Below, in pieces: positions 40,203-52,875 of a stretch of 64,000 bases of DNA (the first letter of the stretch is position 1; each line of letters begins with the position of its first letter). The stretch lies in the NCBI GenBank assembly GCA_049724395.1, contig JAUGWO010000042.1, positions 1 to 64,000 on the forward strand, written 5' to 3'. The notes beneath the pieces were generated by a model that was not told where the DNA came from, did no database searches, and saw only the letters and a list, made by a program, of their open reading frames with translations. Source of the DNA: Spongospora subterranea f. sp. subterranea (Eukaryota). The position numbers and the translations under genes were made by a program.

Positions 40203-42240
40203 TTATTTCTCCCGTAATTCGTTGACCTGTTTGTCGAATATTTTTAAGAATTCCGAGTAGTCTATAACGCCGTCGTGATTGAAATCGGCTTCCTTGATCA
40301 ACTCTTCCGCCACTTGATCTTGCGTATTCGAACCGAGGGCGGTCTTGAGCTCTGTCAGCGTGATGGATCCGTCCCCGTTCACGTCAAGTTTCCGGAACGC
40401 TCGCCATAGGCGCTCCTCTTTGGCCCCGATCTTCCTGAATACGGCAGCTTTCAGCAGCTCCTCGTAGTTGACTGTCCCATCACCATCTAAATCCATACTC
40501 CTACGAGAGCACACAATGGGTGAATTACCCATAGAATCCACTCGATTTCCGTTCCTCACTTGATGAGCCCGGCAATATCCAGATTAGGATAGGTCGATAA
40601 ACATTGTGATAGCTCATTAACGGTCAACGTCCCGTCACCGTTCTTATCCAATTTCTTGAACAAAATCTTAATTTCCTGAATTTGTTCCTGAAACTCGCCA
40701 AATTCACTAAAAAAATCGACAGTCGTTGAGCCAGAAGAGAAAGACCTTTGGCAAGTCGTTGATCATGGTGCCAAGAATCGCTGCTCGGAATTTGTTCTTA
40801 TTATGGAATGTAAATAGGGATTTAAGGACACCATCAGCGATCGGATCTGCTGAAGCTGTGTCGCCTTTTAGCCAGGGATGATCTAAGGCTTCATCTGCCG
40901 TTGGTCTTTCTGCCACGTCAATCGACAACAGCTTTCCGATCAGATCTTTGGCCGATTCCGATACCTGCGAATGCAAACCCCATGTTTGAAACTCAGTGAT
41001 AGATTCGACTCGACGGCCCTTACTTTAATTGACGCAGGGAAGAACGCCCCAAATCCAGGTTTGGTCTTTGGAGTGAATCCTTTTTTGATCTAGAGCAAAT
41101 CGCAGTTGGCGCAAGAAAGAACAGGGCGATCGCAAGATTCTAACCAGTTTGAATATGGCCTCATCAGCATGTGAACCGTATCTGACAAAAAGGAACAGGT
41201 CAGGGAAACCGGGGCAACAGGGCAACAACAGATAGAAAGACGAGGGATTACTGAGCGGGATCGACCCAGAACGGGGGAATCCGAACAACATCACAAACAT
41301 GACCACACCAACACTCCACATATCACATCCTTCATTATAATGACGGTCGATAACCTCAGGGGCGATATAATACGCTGAAATATTCAGTCACCGAACCGAA
41401 CAGATTGGAGCATTGGAACACTGACGAGTTCCACAAAGCTTATGAAGATATTCTCGAGGACGAACGGAAGTGGCCATGCCAAAATCAATTACTTTTAGGA
41501 CCGAATCTTCAGCGGGAGATTTGAATAAAAAGCTGTAGATGTTGTCAGTGGCAAGTCAGATTTGTTCGAAACCGGGCCGAAGGCACGATCGAAATGAGAA
41601 AGCAAAGAGAAAGGAGGTTGTTAAATAATGAAGAAGCTTTTGATGAAATACTTGTCGGGTTTAAGATCTAAATGTGCAATCTTATGCTGATGGAGATAGT
41701 GAAGCGCCTGAACGATTTGACGCAGAATGGAGCTGGCGTCCCGTTCCGAAAAGCTGCCACGCGCTTCAATTCGATCAAACAGTTCGCCGCCATTGCAGAT
41801 TTCCATGACGAGATATAGGTCCAGGCCGTCTTCGAACACGTCCTCCAGCTTGATAATGTTGTCGTGGTTCAACGATTTCATGATATCGATCTCTTGTCGC
41901 ATCATCTCGAAATGGCGAGATCGATCCCCTATATGCTAAACCATTCATTAGAATCTGCTGAACCGGTCCTATAACACAATTGATAATATAATAGACATAA
42001 GCAAGAAATACTCCCTGGAAACAAGGAATGATTAAGACTAAATTCAACCTGGAACCGCGCTTTTGATATTATTTTGACGGCGTATGGCTTTCCCGTTGAT
42101 AATTTGATCGCTTTCCTGGCGATGCCATATTGGCCAGGTTGTCCGATCTGCCCTTCGATCCGATACTGCTCGCGGATGGATTCAGTCAAACCATAAACAA
42201 ACAGGGACGAGGGTGCCGTTTTCACGCCTTTGGACTCCAT
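40203..42240 (-). CDS. Calcium-dependent protein kinase (kinase plus EF-hands)
   Basis: GQPGQYG, AVKII, HLDLKPD, DFGMA, YIAPE, DMWSVGV, then EF-hands DKNGDG, DLDGDG, DVNGDG, DFNHDG. Confidence 0.95.
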
Positions 42241-42907
42241 CAGTTCAGGAAATTTGCGATTAATCCAAAGTGAAATTTGGAACCGTGAAAGGGGGCAAAA
42301 CGGCACGCGCCCTGTTCAGAACCAATGAATTGATATCTTCGAGAATAATGAGCGCCCAATGATTGAAGATTCCAATTATTCCTTTTGTATGGAAGGTGGT
42401 CGATTTTATGGGAAACAAAAGAACGGTGTTTATGATGAGGTCGTGTAATTAAAGAGTGATCCCCTACGATGGACGTGTTAGATCCTTTCGTGTTCAGCCA
42501 GATATGATCGACTCTATCAGCACAACACCGGAGGAAGCGATCTTTAAACACGTCCCAGATGAATGTTCAAGCGATCAGGTTGGAGATGACCCACTATCCG
42601 ACAGCTGTGTTGCTTAAACCCCAAGCTGCGTCTGATATTGAGTAAGCCGTTCGATCAAAGAGTTGAGTGGCCATAACCCTTCGGATCATTTCGTCAAGCA
42701 AAAATGGTCAGGAACTAGGAAAATAAACAGGTTGGAGACGCGCTGAAATAATCTGCACCGCAGATCAACTCGGATGAGAGCGACGACAACAACTCGAATA
42801 AGTGACTACAAACAAAAACGAAACATATTGTAAAAAGACTTTAATGTGGCTTTACAAGGGAATATAAACGAGGTGATTGGTGAGATTGTCGATATGGCGA
42901 TTTTGGC

Positions 42908-43516
42908 GATGGGTCAAGGGCCCTGTGGCGATTTTCCCCAAGATACACTACAAGGCGATGGGTCAAGGGCGCCTTGGTCGGGCAGATGACCGGGTGTGTA
43001 CACAGGACTGTCCCCAAGATACACTACAAGCCGTACGATGGGTCAAGGGCGCCTTGGTCGGGCAGATGACCGGGTGTCAAGGGCGCCTTGGTCGGGCAGA
43101 TGACCGGGTGTGTACACAGGACTGTCCCCAAGATACACTACAAGCCGTACGATGGGTCAAGGGCGCCTTGGTCGGGCAGATGACCGGGTGTGTACACAGG
43201 ACTGTCCCCAAGATACACTACAAGCCGTATGACTCTACAGTACGTGTACTACTGTACATCACACGTTGCGATTGATGAGGGACTGTCCCCAAGATACACT
43301 ACAAGCCGTATGACTCTACAGTACGTGTACTACTGTACATCACACGTTGCGATTGATGAGGGACTGTCCCCAAGATACACTACAAGCCGTATGACTCTAC
43401 AGTACGTGTACTACTGTACATCACACGTTGCGATTGATGAGGGACTGTCCCCAAGATACACTACAAGCCGTATGACTCTACAGTACGTGTACTGTACATC
43501 ACACATTGCGATTGAG
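42908..43516. repeat. Composite minisatellite: two 80-81 bp unit types sharing a 31 bp core
   Basis: Core GGACTGTCCCCAAGATACACTACAAGCCGTA at 43005, 43119, 43199, 43280, 43361 and 43442 (partial at ~42935). Confidence 0.95.
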
Positions 43517-43840
43517 TGGTTGGGGTGGCTACTGGCTACCACTCAGGCTCAGCCGGACAGACATCCCTTTTCCACACACGTATTCTAATGGCAATGGGCG
43601 GCCCCGGGCAGATGTAACGATGGCCCTTGGCCATCTCTGACCGCACGAATATCCGTATGGAGACCGGGGGGGGATCTGGCCCCCTCAACCTAATTCTAGA
43701 CTGGGGGTTTAAGGGGATTATCCAACCGCATTTGCCCTGTTTGTTTGTCGATAAATCGCTACAGTAATATCAGCCCGTACATTACCCCCGTTTATCATTG
43801 TGCCTGATGATATAATTATGGTCTAGGCTCAATTGAGTGC

Positions 43841-44173
43841 ATGATCATGACTCCTGAATCTGATCATGATGGAGCTGATCAAGGTGTAGCGGTGATATAT
43901 TCATGTAGGACATGTGACCGATCGTTCATCCGGCGCGATAAACTTGAACGCCATGAACGTGTTCATAGTGGTGAAAAGCCTTACGCCTGTTATGAATGTG
44001 GCCGAGCGTTCGCCAGGCGTGACAAGCTGATACGCCATCGAAAGGTTCATACAGGAGAGAGGCCGTTCCATTGCGATCTGTGCTCTAGGGCATTCGCCAG
44101 ACGTGATACTCTGAAGGCGCACAGGCGAGTTCATGCCGATCAGGTACCCAATGGTCCTGGAGCAATTTCCTAA
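43841..44173 (+). CDS. C2H2 zinc-finger protein (3 fingers)
   Basis: CxxC...HxxxH three times, with SGEKP/TGERP linkers. Confidence 0.9.
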   Translation: MIMTPESDHDGADQGVAVIYSCRTCDRSFIRRDKLERHERVHSGEKPYACYECGRAFARRDKLIRHRKVHTGERPFHCDLCSRAFARRDTLKAHRRVHADQVPNGPGAIS

Positions 44174-44340
44174 CTGTTTCGGCCAGATTATATGAGACTC
44201 TTTCTATAAATTATTCAATACAATATCCCAGTATATCCAAAACTATTCAAAAACAGCATCATGGTCCTCTGATTTTAGTGGTCACAGCCTTGCTTTTGAA
44301 AAACTCCAAGGACGTCACTTTTTAACGACATTATTCGTCA

Positions 44341-45219
44341 TTACAGGACCCCTTTTTGCGATAATATTACAGCGGCGATGATACCGATTACGATTAATAT
44401 GATCAAATACAGGTAGCATTTCCGTCGACGAGCCTGTTGAGAATAAGCTAAAGCCTTATCCATATTCACCCGACCAGCTTGCGCCTGCTCAGCCGCCCCT
44501 AGAACGTTCCCTTCAATCATGTTCAGATTCTCCTGCTGATCGTCAACCAAGAGTTTCATATCGACGAACATCTCCTGAAGGTCTTTGATTCCGTCATGAA
44601 TCGCGTGCATTCCGTCTTGATGATGCTCGATCTCGTCCACAACATCGACCAATTGCTCGTTCCGGTTCACCGCCGCCTCGAACATCTGTGGCGCCGATTC
44701 TTTTCCAGACAGTAGTTTTTTCATCTGGCCATCGGAAATATTCGACTTGACCATTCTCGCTTGCCTCTCAATCTGCCCTTTCAATACATCCCGAAAATGC
44801 TCCGAGACGTTTCCGAACTCAATCATCGCGTCTTGGAATTTCGTGCTATAGGTTCTCAAGCGATTCCTCTTCATTTGGACTACAGTATTTCCAGCTGTGC
44901 TGGCTTGTTCCATGGCCGACACCTTCCCTTCCTCTTTGTCCAGCCAAAATTTCATCTTTAATGCCGCTGTCCGCGTCTTGGTCATGATTGCGTCCAGTTG
45001 TCGGCCGGTTTGCGGATTACTGGTCCTATCCATTGCTGTGCGCTGCTCTAATGCCACAATCGCCTTGGTGTTGCGATAGATAAGTTCTAGACCGCGCTGA
45101 AAGGTTGCTGAACCGTTATCGGCTGGGGGGATGTTCTGTTGGCGATCGTTTGAAAGGGTGACGGCGACCCCACCCCGGACGCTGTGTAATCGGTCACGAA
45201 CACCATCATCATCACTCAT
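44341..45219 (-). CDS. Qa-SNARE syntaxin (plasma-membrane type)
   Basis: Habc region, SNARE motif IKDLQEMFVDMKLLVDDQQENLNMIEGNV, ARRRKC followed by a C-terminal TM anchor. Confidence 0.9.
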   Translation of the reverse strand: MSDDDGVRDRLHSVRGGVAVTLSNDRQQNIPPADNGSATFQRGLELIYRNTKAIVALEQRTAMDRTSNPQTGRQLDAIMTKTRTAALKMKFWLDKEEGKVSAMEQASTAGNTVVQMKRNRLRTYSTKFQDAMIEFGNVSEHFRDVLKGQIERQARMVKSNISDGQMKKLLSGKESAPQMFEAAVNRNEQLVDVVDEIEHHQDGMHAIHDGIKDLQEMFVDMKLLVDDQQENLNMIEGNVLGAAEQAQAGRVNMDKALAYSQQARRRKCYLYLIILIVIGIIAAVILSQKGVL

Positions 45220-45662
45220 CTGATTATGGTATGATGACCATGACCATGTGATCTCATCAAATGAGTCAACTCTTTAGATGAGGTCGGGTGGGTATCAAGA
45301 TCAATATTAGTTAAAGCAATAAAAATATCGGACGTCGTCTAGCATTGGTATACACACGTATCGAAAGGACGCCGGCATGATCGTCATTAAAGGTTTTTAG
45401 CAAATAAGGAAAAGGTACTCTATTTTTAGTTTTAGTGATTATTTTATTGTATTTCTGCCCGCCTCCAGGTATAGGCAGACTCATTTTGGCCTTACCACTG
45501 TTTCGATGAGAGAAACCTCAAAAATGTGCAATGACCTTGTCAAGTGTGTTAATGTCTTGCCTTAACACACCTCAATTCAATTTCACCATGAAATCCGTGC
45601 ATAGCAAATAAAGATGAGGTATATGTTTACTGAATATAGAAGTTAAATAGAAGATAAATTCG

Positions 45663-46172
45663 CTAATAGGCGTAGGATAAGGAACGCACTCTGTGTACAT
45701 GTGATGGCGTATGAGTGATCCTGGGCAGATAGTCGTCAGATGAAGGCGACGTTACGACCGGTGCTTGAGAGCTTGGTGAATACTGATATGGCCATGTGGT
45801 GGGAGATGGTTGTGGTCGGACGGGTCTTGGGACTACGACGTCTGGATACGGGAGTGATGGTGGGTTCGCATCAGCCAGAACACACTCAGCCGCCAAGTCA
45901 ACACATTTCTCCTTATGCACTCGAACATGCCTCTTGACATTGCATTTCTGGTTGAACGTCTTACCGCAGAGATAGCAGGCAAATAATCTAAGGACTGTAT
46001 GGACAGTGTGCTGATGACGTTTAAGATTCGACTCAACCGAGAAACGGCGGTCGCACTGGTCGCACTGGTATGGCTTCTCTTGAGTGTGAGACCTCATGTG
46101 GATGGACAGCTTTGATGAGGCCTCGAAGTGTTTGTGGCAGAATGAGCAAACTAGATCCTTGTTAGCATCCAT
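45663..46172 (-). CDS. C2H2 zinc-finger protein (3 fingers plus P/S-rich tail)
   Basis: CSFC..HMRSHTQEKPYQCDQC...CYLCGKTF..HVRVH. Confidence 0.9.
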   Translation of the reverse strand: MDANKDLVCSFCHKHFEASSKLSIHMRSHTQEKPYQCDQCDRRFSVESNLKRHQHTVHTVLRLFACYLCGKTFNQKCNVKRHVRVHKEKCVDLAAECVLADANPPSLPYPDVVVPRPVRPQPSPTTWPYQYSPSSQAPVVTSPSSDDYLPRITHTPSHVHRVRSLSYAY

Positions 46173-46807
46173 GAGCGCATGAAGTGGTTATGTGCCCCAG
46201 TTTCAGTAATGGCTCTACGATGTCCGAACGCGCATTCCCTCCTCCTAGAGTGATATGCCTTGCTATTTTTAGCGATCGGACCAGTGCCGTGGCTCACTCG
46301 CACCCAGTCATTACTCTCATCGGTTATCGCACCATGGGTCATGGGTATTGGACTGCAGCTACAGTAGTAGCCACATAGCAGTTCACTGTATAGTGTATAC
46401 TGAGCCGGAGTTCCGACTTGGCGACAATCGGCCTCTCGTTTTCGTGTAACCAGTCTACAAGTCCTGGCAGGGTCTTTTCCAACGAGAAAAAGAACTGGCC
46501 ACCCTAATTTTGGTATATTACACCCTGGGTAGGGTTTTAACCACCGCACTCAGGATTATCACCCCTGGAATAGGGTCTTCGGCACTTAAATGAAAAAGTG
46601 CGCCATGGAGTTGACGGCCACCCCAATACTGGATCAGAAACACCCAAGAAAGGGATTGCCTACAACCAAGATAGGTTCACCAACACCCCCGCAATCAGAT
46701 TATGGCTGACTCTACTAGTGAATCCGTATCTGACAATGGAAATGATTTGTTTGCTGTAAAGATCGGCATTCCAGACGCATCTGCGTTGAAAGCAGTGAAA
46801 AAAAGCC

Positions 46808-47853
46808 ATGGCATCGCATAGTATTTTCAAATCCGACCTGGTGAAATGTAATTTCGTCCACGAAGAAACTGACGATCTACGGTTAGTCGACTTGCACACA
46901 ATGCGAAAAAGGTACGCGCGATGTACATCGTCACGTTGCTTTGCCGAAATCGTCGACCAAGATAACATGTTCTGTGGGGTAAAATATGCGATCAACACAT
47001 GCCAGATAGATGGAACGTCCGAAATCTTTCAGCAAGGGCTTCACCTTGCCAAAATGGAGGAAAATGATGCTCGCTCCCCGTGCAAGCCGAAGGCAATCGG
47101 ACTCATTGGAGTTGCCGTTGAACTGGTGTTTATTAAGTTGAGTTTCAGGTTACAACGCCTATGAAAAGAAAAATCGCTTCACTTCTGCACGACGATCCCA
47201 GACGGACGCCGAAGTTATTACAAAAGCATCTTACCAGGTGCTGCAGGGCCCTGGAGTTTGGGGAAATTGAGAGGGTACCGATGCCAAGTTTGCAACAAAT
47301 ACAGAATGTTGTGAAAAGGATTCGGTTACAAGAAGGCCATGCGAAAACTACTGATGTGGTTCTAGCAAAATTGTCAGCCTTAAAATCGCTGACAACTGGG
47401 ATACTCTACATTGGTCACCGCCTTCGTCCTGGTCGAGCCGCTGGTCCAGGGAGGAGCAGATTGGCAGGCCCGGCCTTCGAGTTTGATTGATACATATAAA
47501 TAAAATATGTGCTAAATATCCCCAAGATAAATAAATTATTCCCTTTTCGACGATGTTCGGTAATGAATACTCCAATACGAAGGTTCGCGCTCACTATAGC
47601 CGAATGCGAACGGCTGGTTATTATTCTGATTATACCAGTTTTCAGCGATTTTGAGGCTGTCTATTTTCGCTAGCACAACATCAGTAGTGTTAACATGACC
47701 TTCTTGTAGCCGAATTCGTTTGACAACATTCCCGTTTCGACAATGTTCGGTAATGCATAATACGAAGGTGTGCAAAACGATTGGAAAAGCAGTAAACAAA
47801 AATTTACAATCTAAAATCGTCCCTTCCTTAGCGAGGTGAATTTGCCTTGACAT
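46808..47853 (+). mobile_element. Degenerate (probably Mutator-like) transposon remnant with an inverted, diverged partial copy
   Basis: MPSLQQIQNVVKRIRLQEGH on + (47281-47400) and NVVKRIRLQEGHVNTTDVVLAK...PFAFG on - (47590-47730). Confidence 0.45.
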
Positions 47854-48220
47854 TAGGTGTCGATGACCCTATTCTGGTCGTTGGTGATCCAATTTCAGGT
47901 TGTGTAGAACTCATAAGAGGTTGGGTTGCCCAGAAATAACCGTGGTCGGGACACAACTTTACGCATATTCTGGTTTGGGTGTTCCTATATGTGGTTGGTC
48001 ATGACCTCAAACATGGTTGCTGTACGCACATTTTAGGGTGTGCTCGCAACCCGGACATTATGCAAGTCAAAAATACTCCTAACAAATAGTAACTCCCAAC
48101 TGCAGTCCACTACATCATCAGGAACGGATTATTGTCAAGCAATAGGCGCGTATCGTTCGGGACAAGGTATAACGAAAAGACCGTCTGAAAACAAGTGATC
48201 CCAGAATGCCATTAGTTCAT

Positions 48221-49379
48221 TTAAGACCTCTTGAAATCGTTTTTCGATGTCTTGAAACTTTGGGACTCTTTGGGCTTACTCCGGCGGCAACACCTATAAA
48301 AAGACTGATTTGAAGGCTAATGTCACAGAAATGTCATTAGCGCTTACAATTCCCATCCAAGCCGTAAAAAAAGCGTCACAGCGAAAAATGCGACGGCGAA
48401 AACTGTTTCAACAGTAATAAAACTGTCGATATGGTTTGGTGAGATTTCCGTATTATCTACACGCGTTGAATTAGTTTGGCATACATTTCATGGAAGAAAG
48501 CCTACCTTTGACAGCGAATCTAATATTTTGGACATGATGTTCCAAGACAGGACGCCAACGCTTATGAACTGCGCTGCTCCATTCAATGGCCGCATTGGTC
48601 CATTGGATAACCAATGGCCATAAGTGTTGCAGATACTGATCATTGAACAAGAGGCACTTTGTATACAACCAACCACATTGCTGTTTGAGGAAAGTAAAAA
48701 CAACGTCAAATCTCTGATTACATTTTTCCCAGGCTCCGTTGGCCCATTCTTGCCAAGATGAATGCGATAGAGTTGAAAACGATTCCTTGAGTTGCTCTAC
48801 GTAAGTTATACCTTGAGCACCGAACAAAACACACCCATATATGCTTTACCAATGTTTTCCTTCAAAACAGTATTCTCCAATTCAAGCTGTTTGACTTTAT
48901 CTGCTAGAGTCTGCAACGATTGTTTGGCTGAAATCAACTGTTTCTGCATTTCGCCGAACTGGCTTGTTGTACTAATAGCTTGATGAGATACTAAAACCGA
49001 ATTCCCTCTTCAGCAGAGAAACAAAGATATTTAGAAATGACAGCGAATGACATACATTGTTTGAAGGATTCAATTTGTGCTTGCATTCCTTTCATTTCGG
49101 TTGAAAACCGATTTTCAATTGCGGTCATCTGCTGCTGCGCAAACTCCTGAATCTTACCATAGGTTCAGTAAAAATGGTCTATGGCGATAAACGCGACGGA
49201 AAATCCCATACTTTGCTGTGTGTTTGGGGTATTGCGTCGTTAAAAATTTTAGAGACCATTTCTATCTGACTTTGAGACAAAGCATCATGCGATCCCAACT
49301 TGTCGGCTGTCTGCTCTTGGCCTGATACGCTGGTCAACACAGCTAAACAGATCAACAACGCGCCCGTGATCTTCATCAT
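48221..49379 (-). CDS. Hypothetical protein: signal peptide, coiled coil, C-terminal TM segment
   Basis: MMKITGALLICLAVLTSVSG..., several exons, hydrophobic VFAVAFFAVTLFFTAWMG before a basic tail. Confidence 0.6.
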
Positions 49380-49985
49380 CGACACTCGAATACGCATTAA
49401 AACAATGGCCGTGAGCCGTAACGGTGTGACTGGTAGTGGTGACCCTCCCACTTCACCTTTCACTCCGCCCGGCGCCCAGTAACGATAATATGTGGCCGCA
49501 TACGTAGTTCACCTGTCGGGAGTCGGGGTCAACGCATGGCAATACCCGCTTCATGGATCTAATGCATCATTCGGAGGCGGTGTTGGAGATGAAAACGAAG
49601 CGAGGGAAAGAAGCAAAGGCGGGTAACGATGAGCGGAAAGAGAGTGAGAGGAGTCAAAAGGGGAGAAGAGAAGCGGAACCAGCGACGGAACCAGACAATT
49701 GAAAAAGTTGAAAACGGCGGCAGCGCTGCTTTTCTCCACCTTCCGCTCATCACTCATCCGTCTCTCGCTTTTTCTCCAATTTCGCCTCCTTCTCCACCCG
49801 ACACACACAGTAATCAAATAATTCAAAAGGTACTATGATGGCTGAAGGCCATGATTCGTAGTTTGTGCTTTGAACAAAAGCGACTCATAAAAGGCAATGC
49901 ACGATCTGTTCGCAATGCCGGATCTGATGGTTGATCGCAAAAGTTAAAAGGTCACAACCCCGAAAAAATATTGTCAAACAAAACA

Positions 49986-50056
49986 TGCGCCATCCGAGAA
50001 TCGAACTCGGACCAACTCGTTGGCAACGAGCTATTGTACCATTCAACCAATGGCGC
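49986..50056 (-). tRNA. trnG-GCC: tRNA-Gly (GCC)
   Basis: GCGCCAT TG GTTG AATGGTA CAAT A GCTCG TTGCCAA CGAGT TGGT CCGAG TTCGATT CTCGG ATGGCGC A folds as a cloverleaf; T-run terminator downstream. Confidence 0.97.
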
Positions 50057-50298
50057 AATTTTCTTCTTATCACATATGAACACTTCTACCTCTGTACTAC
50101 CGAACTTGATATGATCCTACCAATCGATCTATTGTAAATAATACATTCTTCCTAATGTTCTGGTCAACAGTTCTGGTCTATATTGCGAACACCATCTGTC
50201 AGATCAAGAGTCCCAACTCCACCAAGTTGCGCGATTAGAGCTCATTGACACAGAAAGGGGTAGTCCAGCGTAAAGCCAACGCAAGAGACACCACCACC

Positions 50299-51669
50299 AT
50301 GACCAGCCACAGCAGAGACGAGGTCAACAACATCGCCGGCGGCAACAGCCTACCAGAGCGACGATGGGAGTCGACAAGATCGACAACAATTCACCCGTTA
50401 AGGAAGGAGGTGGACACCACCAAATATAACGGCGGCCTAAATCTGATCCCAGATTTTGACGGCACAAACTGGGACACTTTCAAACGGAAGGTTGAGACCC
50501 AACTCATCCGAATGGATATAGACTCGTATTTGCACCACGAGCCTAACGCTGAATCTTCAACAGAGCGACGCAACGATCGCGCAGCGTTAGCCGAAATCAG
50601 CATGCGCCTGGCACAGGTGCAGTATAAGCAGGTCAGCCATTGTGCAACAACAGCACAACTATGGAGAACACTCCAAGACACATACGATGAAACTAAAGAG
50701 GCGAAATCAGGGGCCTTATTCATCGAATTCATTGAGGCGCAAATGCAGCCGAGCGAGACGATGAAGGCTTACCTGGACCGACTCGTTTCAATATACCACG
50801 ACATGATCACACTGGAGATCAAGATCGGAGAACTAGCATTCTGTGCGAAAGTACTTCAGGGATTACCAGCAGAGTACAACCAAGTCAAGGCAGCTGCGAC
50901 AGCATCACAGCTAGGGACAATTGCTTCAATGACAAGCCTCTTACTGTCTACAGAACGAGAGCGCGAGCATGGCAAGTCTGCAAAGATACCGAACGAGCCA
51001 GCGATTGACTTAAAGACAATGAAAGCCCAACACAAGAGCAAAAGTTACTTGAGAGCCAAGCAGTATTGCAAGAAGTGCAAGACAACTTCTCATGACACAG
51101 ACAAGTGTTGGGTGTTGAACCCACATCTCCGACGAAAAAGCCATGATGAATCTTCACCGAAAACGAACAATGCGCACCGTGTTAAATTCAATGGATTCAG
51201 GATCTCGCGCGTCGGCACTGCAGTCACGTGCGACTACATCATTGACAGTGGCGCCGACGTTTCAGTCACAAACAATCAAAACATCTTGATTAATGAACCT
51301 CTTAAACAACCAGTCCAGATCCAAGCGTGCAATCGACAGGCCTCAAAGGCATATGGAAAGGGCTTTTTGATCATCCAGACATCACCGTCAATCACCATCA
51401 AGGATGTACTCTACGCACCGAACATGACGAATACGTTAATATCAGCGCATTCAATCACTCAACAAGGCTATAGAATCGTCATCGAAAACGACATGCACAT
51501 TGAGAGCAAAGAAGGAAAAACGATCCTCACCGCAAAGATGCATGATGGCCTATATTACGTCAGAGCAGGGAGACATGCAAAGGTCAACGCAACGATCAGC
51601 CTGGATATCGTTCATAAGTGGTTTGGACATGCGTCGAACGATTTTTCAATTGCCGCCGCCAACCACTAA
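50299..51669 (+). CDS. Copia gag-protease ORF, fused after the pre-integrase motif HKWFGH directly to an RT remnant
   Basis: Open frame ending GHASNDFSIAAANH*; the integrase core is missing. Confidence 0.85.
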   Translation: MTSHSRDEVNNIAGGNSLPERRWESTRSTTIHPLRKEVDTTKYNGGLNLIPDFDGTNWDTFKRKVETQLIRMDIDSYLHHEPNAESSTERRNDRAALAEISMRLAQVQYKQVSHCATTAQLWRTLQDTYDETKEAKSGALFIEFIEAQMQPSETMKAYLDRLVSIYHDMITLEIKIGELAFCAKVLQGLPAEYNQVKAAATASQLGTIASMTSLLLSTEREREHGKSAKIPNEPAIDLKTMKAQHKSKSYLRAKQYCKKCKTTSHDTDKCWVLNPHLRRKSHDESSPKTNNAHRVKFNGFRISRVGTAVTCDYIIDSGADVSVTNNQNILINEPLKQPVQIQACNRQASKAYGKGFLIIQTSPSITIKDVLYAPNMTNTLISAHSITQQGYRIVIENDMHIESKEGKTILTAKMHDGLYYVRAGRHAKVNATISLDIVHKWFGHASNDFSIAAANH

Positions 51670-52875
51670 AAGATCTATCAGAAGGATTTCACAACTGCAT
51701 ATCTAAATGCACTTTTAACTAATCCTATCTACATATACCAACCGGACGGATTCCTCAAGCAGGGCGAGGAACATAAAGTATGTCTACTAGAGAAAGCCTT
51801 ATACGGTCTGAAGCAGGCCGGTCGCGAATGGCAACGACCCTGTTTGGCAAGTTAAGGGAAAGTCAATTCGCGTAATCAACCAAGGAACCATGCATTTGGT
51901 ACAAATCCCGGGAGAATCAATTGACAATCATAGGTATCTATGTCGATGATCTACTAATCACAGGCGACGACGACACTGAAATTACGAAGATTTCAGCAGT
52001 ACTACGGTCATCATTCAAGATGAAAGACCTAGGGGAAGCCGATAAATTTCTCGGTATGAAGATCTGTTGTTTAGATGGCACGATCCGACTATCGCAAGAA
52101 AAATACATAAGAGAGGTCATCCAGCGTTTTGAGCAAAAAAACTGCAAACCCATCACCACACCAATGACAACAATTTATGATCCAAACGAGGACGAGGAGA
52201 TTACTGATAAGTATCCCATTCGCGCAATCATTGGAAGTTTATCCTACATCGCTTACGGGACACGTCCTGATATTGCATTCGCAGTTAACAATATTGGCAG
52301 GCATGTGTCGAAACCAATTAAAGCATTATGGAAAGCGGCGCAAAGGATTCTCAAAGACCTGAAAGCGACCCCGAATGACGGCTTGGTGTTCAAGGGGAGC
52401 TCAACTGATATCACAGGATGGGCCGACAGCAATTACGCGATGGACACTCTTGATCGACGATCAACCACAGGTCTACTGATCCAAGTGGGAGGCAATTCCG
52501 TTATAGGGAAGTCCAGAAAGCAACATTCAGTTGCACTTTCAACAACTGAAGCGGAATATATGGCCGCTAGCGACGCCACAAGGGAAATCATTTGGCTACG
52601 CGATTTGCTGAAGGAGTTAAATCAATTTAAAGATTCGATGATTACTCCACTATACCAGGATAATCAAAGCGCTATTTTTCTCGAAAAGAACAACCGCTCG
52701 AACCAACGATCCAAGCATATCGACGTTCGATATCATTTCGTCCGAGAAAAAGGTGCAACAATAGGAGATAGAAATAATCTATTGTCCAACAACAGAGATG
52801 ATGGCGGACATGTTCACTAAACCCATCAGTGAACCTGCATTCAAACGATTTGAATTATCCATTATGCAGATATAA
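51670..52875 (+). pseudogene. Copia RT-RNase H with stops and frameshifts
   Basis: DFTTAYLNA, KALYGLKQAGREW, YVDD, ADMFTKP lie in shifted frames. Confidence 0.85.

Noticed and set aside
42908..43516. CRISPR-like layout (31 bp constant repeat plus ~50 bp spacers)
   Set aside because: The spacers are themselves repeated (only two types), no cas genes are present, and the context is eukaryotic.
42877..43588. Two repetitive 132 aa ORFs
   Set aside because: Translations of the minisatellite.
46553..47890. Possible TIR pair around the 46.8-47.8 kb remnant
   Set aside because: Only ~10 bp (GAATAGGGTC) match cleanly and no TSD is visible.
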